Positions 36,017 to 41,453 of a DNA stretch of 41,453 nucleotides are shown piece after piece. Where the stretch lies: positions 724,654 through 766,106 of the forward strand of contig WELB01000027.1 in assembly GCA_009602725.1 (NCBI GenBank), read 5' to 3'. The DNA is from Spirogloea muscicola. Its lineage: Eukaryota. The first letter of the stretch is position 1. Every line of letters begins with the position of its first letter. Below the pieces are notes generated by a model. It saw only the letters and a list, made by a program, of their open reading frames with translations, did not search any database and was not told the origin of the DNA. The translations under genes and the position numbers were made by a program.

Positions 36017-36151
36017 GCAAGTCGTACAAAACCAATCATGCTCTGGAAGGGAGTCAAGTGGAGGTACAAGACAGTGAACGTGGTAACCTCGCTTGCAGTG
36101 AGAGCACAAGAGCGTTACACCTGCCTGATCTGTACACTCACAAACTTCACA
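36017..36151 (-). other. PHD finger (C4HC3) at the C-terminus of the gypsy pol
   Basis: CEVCECTDQAGVTLLCSHCKRGYHVHCLVPPLDSLPEHDWFCTTC retains all eight zinc ligands and the W-x-C-x-x-C end. Confidence 0.9.
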
Positions 36152-38682
36152 AGTTAGATGCTCAGATACCCAATGGTTAGTGGGGTCAATAGTAGTATCT
36201 ATGTTACTGAGGTGATGACAAGCAATGTTCTGAATATGATCACTGATAATACGGTTACATGAATTGCGAAGGCGAACCACACCTGAAGAGAGTTTCTCAA
36301 CAACCTGAAGAATTAGAGGTCCAGTTGATGAGTCCAATACGTTCTGTGGCTTGACCTTAAGTACAAAAATCACCCACATCGATGTCCTTAAACTTGGGTT
36401 TGTAAGTACTGCTACGGATTGCAGCGTACCGATTTGTCTCGCGGTGTTGCACAATACGCAGGTTATTCATGGCCATGGGCATATGCTTCTAAAAGAGCTT
36501 GCCCCTAGCAGTGCAAATCTTCTGCCAAATCACTGGATCATCCAGGTCCACAACGTCAGTAACAGTACGATGTCAGCTGGAATAAATAATTGCCGACCAA
36601 ATAGAAGTAAATAAGGACTATAGCAGGACAAAGAAGTCTGGTTTGACATACGATATCCCACTATTAATCATGGTAGGAATCGGTCCCAGCGCTCCAAGCC
36701 ATGTCTCATTGCATATTTCATCAAACCTTTCTTTATCGTCTGCACCATCTGCTTTGCCAAACCATCAGCTTGCGGATGATCCCTAGATGTAAGACGATGA
36801 TCAATGAAGCTGCGATCTAACAGCTGTTGAAAGTCGCCCTTGAATGCAGTACCGCGGTCTGTAAAGACTCTGCAGGAGCCCCATAGCGAGTATGCTCAAC
36901 ATCGCCGAAAACATTAGCAATGAGTTCACTGGATTTGGTGGGAATGATAGCGACTTCGACCCATTTGGGAAAATGTTTTATCATGATTAAACATGGGGCC
37001 GCTGCTGTTTCGCCAATCGGAGTGGTCCTGCCAAATCAAGACTCCATCTGTAGAAGAGCCCCCTAATTGGCATAGGGTGCAATACTGGAGATTTTAGTGA
37101 GAAGGCTACGTACGACGGCTACGATTGCACTCCTCACATTTTGACAATACATGCATGACTGTTCTAGTCAAACCATGCCACCAATACCTTGGCATAAGAA
37201 GACTGATGGTTCCTCTAACACCAAAGTGTCCATAGTCTGTGTGGACATCTTGGACTAGCTGCAAACGACCAGCCGGAGGAGGGACAGCCTGGTTCCCGTA
37301 TTACTGGTGCGGACGGATAAGTTAATTGTTGTGCCAAACATATCGCTGAGCTCGGTATTTGATCCTGCCCTTTTGAATAGTAGGAAGATTAGGAAGATAT
37401 ATTCACTGGATGTAATGGACCGGAAGATCTAGCCAAACATCTTCTTAAAAGAAGGTATCATCAGGCACGTCAAGAGCACAGGCAAATGGCGAGTAGATAG
37501 CAAAACAGGCCAGATAAGAAGCAGAACTACTGAGAGGTACACAGATAACAGCTACTGAAAGCAAAGCATATTCCTCTTCTACAGACGCTGGTGTAGGGTT
37601 GCGGCTGAGGGCATCTGCATCCAAATTCTGTAGTCCTGAATTACAAATATATATGGATATATATGGAAAATCTCAAATTGAAACTCCGTTACACGTAGTG
37701 ACCATCTGGCTAGTTTGCCAGTCAGATGATCAGTGGTCAGTAGCCACTTCAAAGAGTGGTGATCTTCGTCCTGCTGTGTAAGTACAGCTCCCATGCCGAG
37801 TTTGTTCCAGTCTATGTGCAGCTGGAACTCTTTAGCATTGTCAGGACGACGTAAAACAGGAGCGGTTGTCAGTGAGTGCTTCAACTAGCAAAAAGCGTTT
37901 TCCTGTTCAGATCCCCAAGCCATGGTGTCTTTTTCTTGAGAAGACTGCTAGGAGGACAAGCCAAATCACGAAAATTTGCTCAATATGCCGTCGATGGAAA
38001 CTAGCAAGCCCTAAAAAGGATCTCAAAGACGTAAGATTGGTTGGTGCAGGAATAGACAAGATTGCGTGCACCTTGCTATAGAGTGGAGATAGACCATTCT
38101 CCGTTAGTTGATGACCAAGATAATGAGCCTCAGAGAGTGCAAACCTGCAATTTCCTGGATGGCACTTCAAAGCTGACTTCTGTATCAACTTAAGTACAGA
38201 ATCAACATGAGTCACATGTTCAAAAAATTCATGACTGAATATCAGAACATCGTCTACATAACATCTGGTGTATAAAACTCCTCTCAATACTTGGTCTATA
38301 ACACGCTGAAAGATAGATGGGGCATTGCTCAGTCCAAAAGGCATCTTAAGCCATTGACAAAGTGTATCTACGCCCCCGAATGCAGTTTTATGTCGACGCT
38401 AGGCTCAATTTTGATCTGTTGAATTGATTGAACTATTGTCCATCTAAGACAAAGAAATCCTTTGCGGAACCAATACGGTTGAAGATTCCTTCTGGAGTAG
38501 GCATTGAATACCTAACGGCGTATTGGCATTTAACAATCGATGATCGCCGCACATACGTCGGTCAGTATAGTTCCCATTTTCGTCTTTCTTTGCCGGAAAG
38601 ACAGTAGGAGCTGCACATGAACTATTGGAAGATTTTATCATGCCATTGGCATGCAATTCCTGACATCTCTTTTTTACAAGCT

Positions 38683-38920
38683 GCCTTGCACCAGAAAGCT
38701 GGGCGAGCTCTAGTTGGTGGCAGAAGGGCTCCTAGTTGGTGGCAGAAGGGCTCCTTTTCTAGCATCTAGTATTCATGCATTGATTAGTGACCTTCATGTT
38801 TTGACCCGTAGTTATTGAGCGGGTCAGTCTGCTGTAGGTTATGTAGATCTTTAGATGTGCTTGCCTTTGTACTTGGCCATTTGGCCTACATTTGTTTCTC
38901 TTACACTAAATTCCTTTTCT
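38683..38920 (+). mobile_element. 5'-truncated CRE-like insertion inside the gypsy RT, with target-site duplication
   Basis: Homologous to ~178-385 (AL.QKAGRALV..ISDL.VLT..Y*). Flanked by TTTTTTACAAGCT (38670-38682) and TTTTCTACAAGCT (38915-38927). Contains a 22-bp tandem duplication TAGTTGGTGGCAGAAGGGCTCC. Confidence 0.85.
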
Positions 38921-39299
38921 ACAAGCTCATCCTCAAGAGAGACAACGTATACCTTGTCCGAAAGATGGGCTTCACATTGCTGAGATTGATATGAAACTTG
39001 GCACTTGTATATGTGCCCATATCGGCTGCTGAGAATGCAAAACCCACAAAGATCTCCTGCTACAATTTTTGTTACCTGACGCCAATGTTTATCACATAAT
39101 TGAGGACCCAGCTGCCATTTGTACTCAACAATGTCTTTGTTAGCAGCAAGGGCTACAACCTTTGATTGCTACATTGTTTCATCTTCCTTCACGATGTCCT
39201 CAAGGTCAAACAAGGCTAACACTCAATTGTCTATGTCCGTCAAATTCTCTGCACCCGCTTGAGGCTTTTCTCAAAGGCCTCCTGAAGTGCAGCATACTG

Positions 39300-40260
39300 A
39301 GTGTATACGTCCAAGGACGCTAATTAACCAAGTTATGCTATTTAAGTCAAACGCTTGACCTTTCAGGCTATTTCTCAGATCTGAAAAATGAGCTGGCGTG
39401 ATATCACCAGGCCAAAATCCCCATTGCCTTTTCTCGTTCCCCAGGAATTGGACATCAGATTGCGCGGGACCATCAACTGTAAGAGGTGCTGTGATTACCA
39501 TTCCTTGGCCAATCTCACCGTTTGGCTTGATGCTGAAAGCATCTGATCAAGGAGTTGCCACAAATGTAGGGAAGTGCGTCGTGGCCTGCCGGCTTTGTTG
39601 ACTGGGTGATTCTTGACGTAATGTGGTACCGTTGGAAATTGTCGTCCAGCATCTAAGATGAGATCTACCCTGGTGTGTGGGTGTGGGTACTGCCCGCCGA
39701 TGCGAGCTTGTAAGAGGGCCTGAATAGCCTCACTCTATCTGCCAAATAATTGACCCTAGCTGCATCAAGCTTGACGCATGGACCTAATATATGACATACT
39801 CGACGAAGATGCCTCATAGATGCCGTTCCATTTGGCGGCTCTACATTTTCTATGATGTATTCCATAGGCCCTTTTTGCCGGCCGCGAATATTCTTCATCA
39901 ATTCTAGCATAAGAACGAAGAGTCAGTTACTGGAATTGTCGAAGCCCTGACTCTTGCCTGCACCACTGAACTCCTCACATGGAAACCCTGCTATGACTGG
40001 GTCCACCTGTGGCAGTCGCTTCAAATAGTCAACTTTGCTCGCTTCTTCAATGTCGCCAGGGAGGAGAGTATCCCAATTCCTCAATGTAGTTGGAGTCACA
40101 AGGTAGTTGTAGCGTTCCTGTAGAATAGAAATGTGATGTGCAGCTGCTTGCCTTGCATACGGATCGTTGTCTACATAGATATAGCAAGCGAATGTGCAAC
40201 GACTCCAAAGCAAGCCTGCAAGGCCTATTGCTGCTCCTCCGAAGAGCTCCATGACCACTA
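39300..40260 (-). pseudogene. C5 cytosine DNA methyltransferase domain within the gypsy element (frameshifted)
   Basis: Motif I VMELFGG, II YVDND, III GDI, IV IAGFPCEEFSGAG..QG, VI YIIENV, VIII-like RVRLF, IX-like EKRQWGF.PG, X-like LKGQAFDLNSI, all in canonical order across ORFs 39923-40378, 39665-39910 and 39271-39501. Confidence 0.85.
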
Positions 40261-40392
40261 GCCCCTTCTCACCAGATTCAAATGGAATGACGCCTGCACA
40301 GAACTGGTTGATCCAGGTACAAACCAAGGACCGAAAGAGGATCAACAAGTCTATGCTACAACTACCTTGTGACTCCAACTACGTTGAGGGAT

Positions 40393-40474
40393 TGGCCCCC
40401 TTCTCGTACTCTGTTCATTCTTTTTCGGGCTGGTTGTTCCAGCCCCTATTCTCAATGGGCGAGCACTTTCTTCT
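40393..40474 (+). mobile_element. Short CRE-like 3'UTR fragment
   Basis: Near-identical to 87-168 (tggccccc ttctcgtactctgttcattctttttcgggctggttgttccagcccctattctcaatgggcgagcactttcttct). Confidence 0.85.
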
Positions 40475-41159
40475 GAAGAATTGGGATATTCTCCTCCCTG
40501 GCGACATCGAAGAAGCGAGCAAAGTTAAGTCTTTGAAGCGACTGCTGACGATAGTTTGCAAAATAAAACACTGCACACAACTCCGTTATACTGAAAGCAA
40601 ATCCAACAACTGTCACACTAGCAGACTTGAGCAAGAATTCAAGCAAAGTCCAACGACAAACTCAAGCTCAAAAGAGTCCGCTTGGCAATCAAAAGCGCGT
40701 GATAGTGCCCGGTAATCGGTTTCCAGTATCAGGGGTATCGTGGTATCACTCTCTTTGACAGTGTCGTAGTATCACTTGTCACTTGATAGTTTCACCTAAC
40801 TCTACGCGTGGGAGAGCCCCAATGGGCCGCTATACTAAGTGTCCAATCGTCCTCGAGACAAGCCCGCCCTGGTTGTACAGGTTGTACACGGGGGAGGCAG
40901 AGCTGCCCCGCAAGGTCCAAGTACAGATGCAAGCCGTGCACCCGGCAAGAACCGGGCCAGGAACCGGGGTGGCGCTTACTTACTTCCTGAATGTAATGGC
41001 TTGAATTGGCCTCGCTTTAATTTCATGCGCACCGCGCGCCTTCTCTCTTTTGGATGAGCTCACGTCTTGGAAAACCAACCCATAAATGACCATGGGTGAC
41101 CAGAGAATTGGGGGATAAGAGTGAGAGCGAGGGGGAGAAGGGGTGGGGGGGAGAGAGGG

Positions 41160-41453
41160 AGGGAGAAAATGCGTGTATATTAAGAGATGGGGAGGCCATG
41201 TGTGGCCAAGTACAAAGGCAAGCACATTGGACAAATGTACGTCACCTGCAAGAAGGTGCTCGCCCATTGAGAAGAGGGGCTGGCAAAGCCAACCCAAAAA
41301 GAATGGACAATGTTCAAAGCCAAAGAAAGAGGTGCTGAAAAAGGACTACACTACAAAGTGCAAGATGGTGCAGAGGGAGATGCAGATGGCTGCTCAGTAT
41401 CCACGTGTGAGCAACAGCAGATCAGAGTAACTCGGAGCAGGAGAAGCGGCACT
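41160..41453 (-). mobile_element. Two tandem CRE-like 3' fragments
   Basis: Reverse strand reads SDLLLLTRGY* plus a UTR ending CAATGGGCGAGCAC-CTTCTT (~41250). A second UTR type (tgtgcttgcctttgtacttggcc) follows directly and matches 329-351 and 10095-10140. Confidence 0.78.

Larger units (their letters stand above)
35930..40390 (-). mobile_element. Decayed Ty3/gypsy retrotransposon internal region: DNA methyltransferase - RT - RNase H - integrase - PHD finger; no LTR pair identified
   Basis: RT ~38660-37907 (RMCGDHRLLN, MPFGLSNAPSIFQR, YVDDVLIFS). RNase H ~37884-37600 (LRRPD..FQLHIDWNKLGMGAVLTQ, internally deleted; GKLARWSL). Integrase ~37260-36600 (H..GHFG..YWW..CEEC, WSLDLAGP, TDRGTAF, HPQADGLA). 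The RT-RH-IN order is gypsy-type. Many frameshifts and stops. Confidence 0.92.

Noticed and set aside
40741..40750. TGGTATCA as a tRNA-iMet primer-binding site for the gypsy element
   Set aside because: Wrong strand for the minus-strand element, and the match stops after 8 nt; no LTR pair could be found.

Overview
Eukaryotic nuclear scaffold, most consistent with a streptophyte (charophyte-type) green alga: GC-rich exons, many short spliceosomal introns, nuclear Psb27, TTTAGGG-like motifs. I assembled seven multi-exon genes by hand: nardilysin-like M16A peptidase (+), RMC1/Mic1 (-), NDUFAF8-like CX9C protein (-), CGI121/TPRKB (+), Psb27 (+), MAN1/Src1-like inner nuclear membrane protein (+) and type I DnaJ (-). 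A probable B-box gene is mostly hidden in a gap. Intergenic DNA holds well over a dozen 5'-truncated fragments of CRE-like (RLE-endonuclease) non-LTR retrotransposons, in tandem and head-to-head arrangements. A decayed Ty3/gypsy element (-) carries a C5 DNA methyltransferase upstream of RT and a PHD finger after the integrase. The strongest leads are this writer+reader retrotransposon, a likely bicistronic NDUFAF8-RMC1 locus (151-nt spacer) and the head-to-head twin CRE insertions. Assembly gaps: 11380-11943, 22290-23196, 25971-26118, and single Ns at 19558 and 35111. All family calls rest on motif recognition; no database searches were run.
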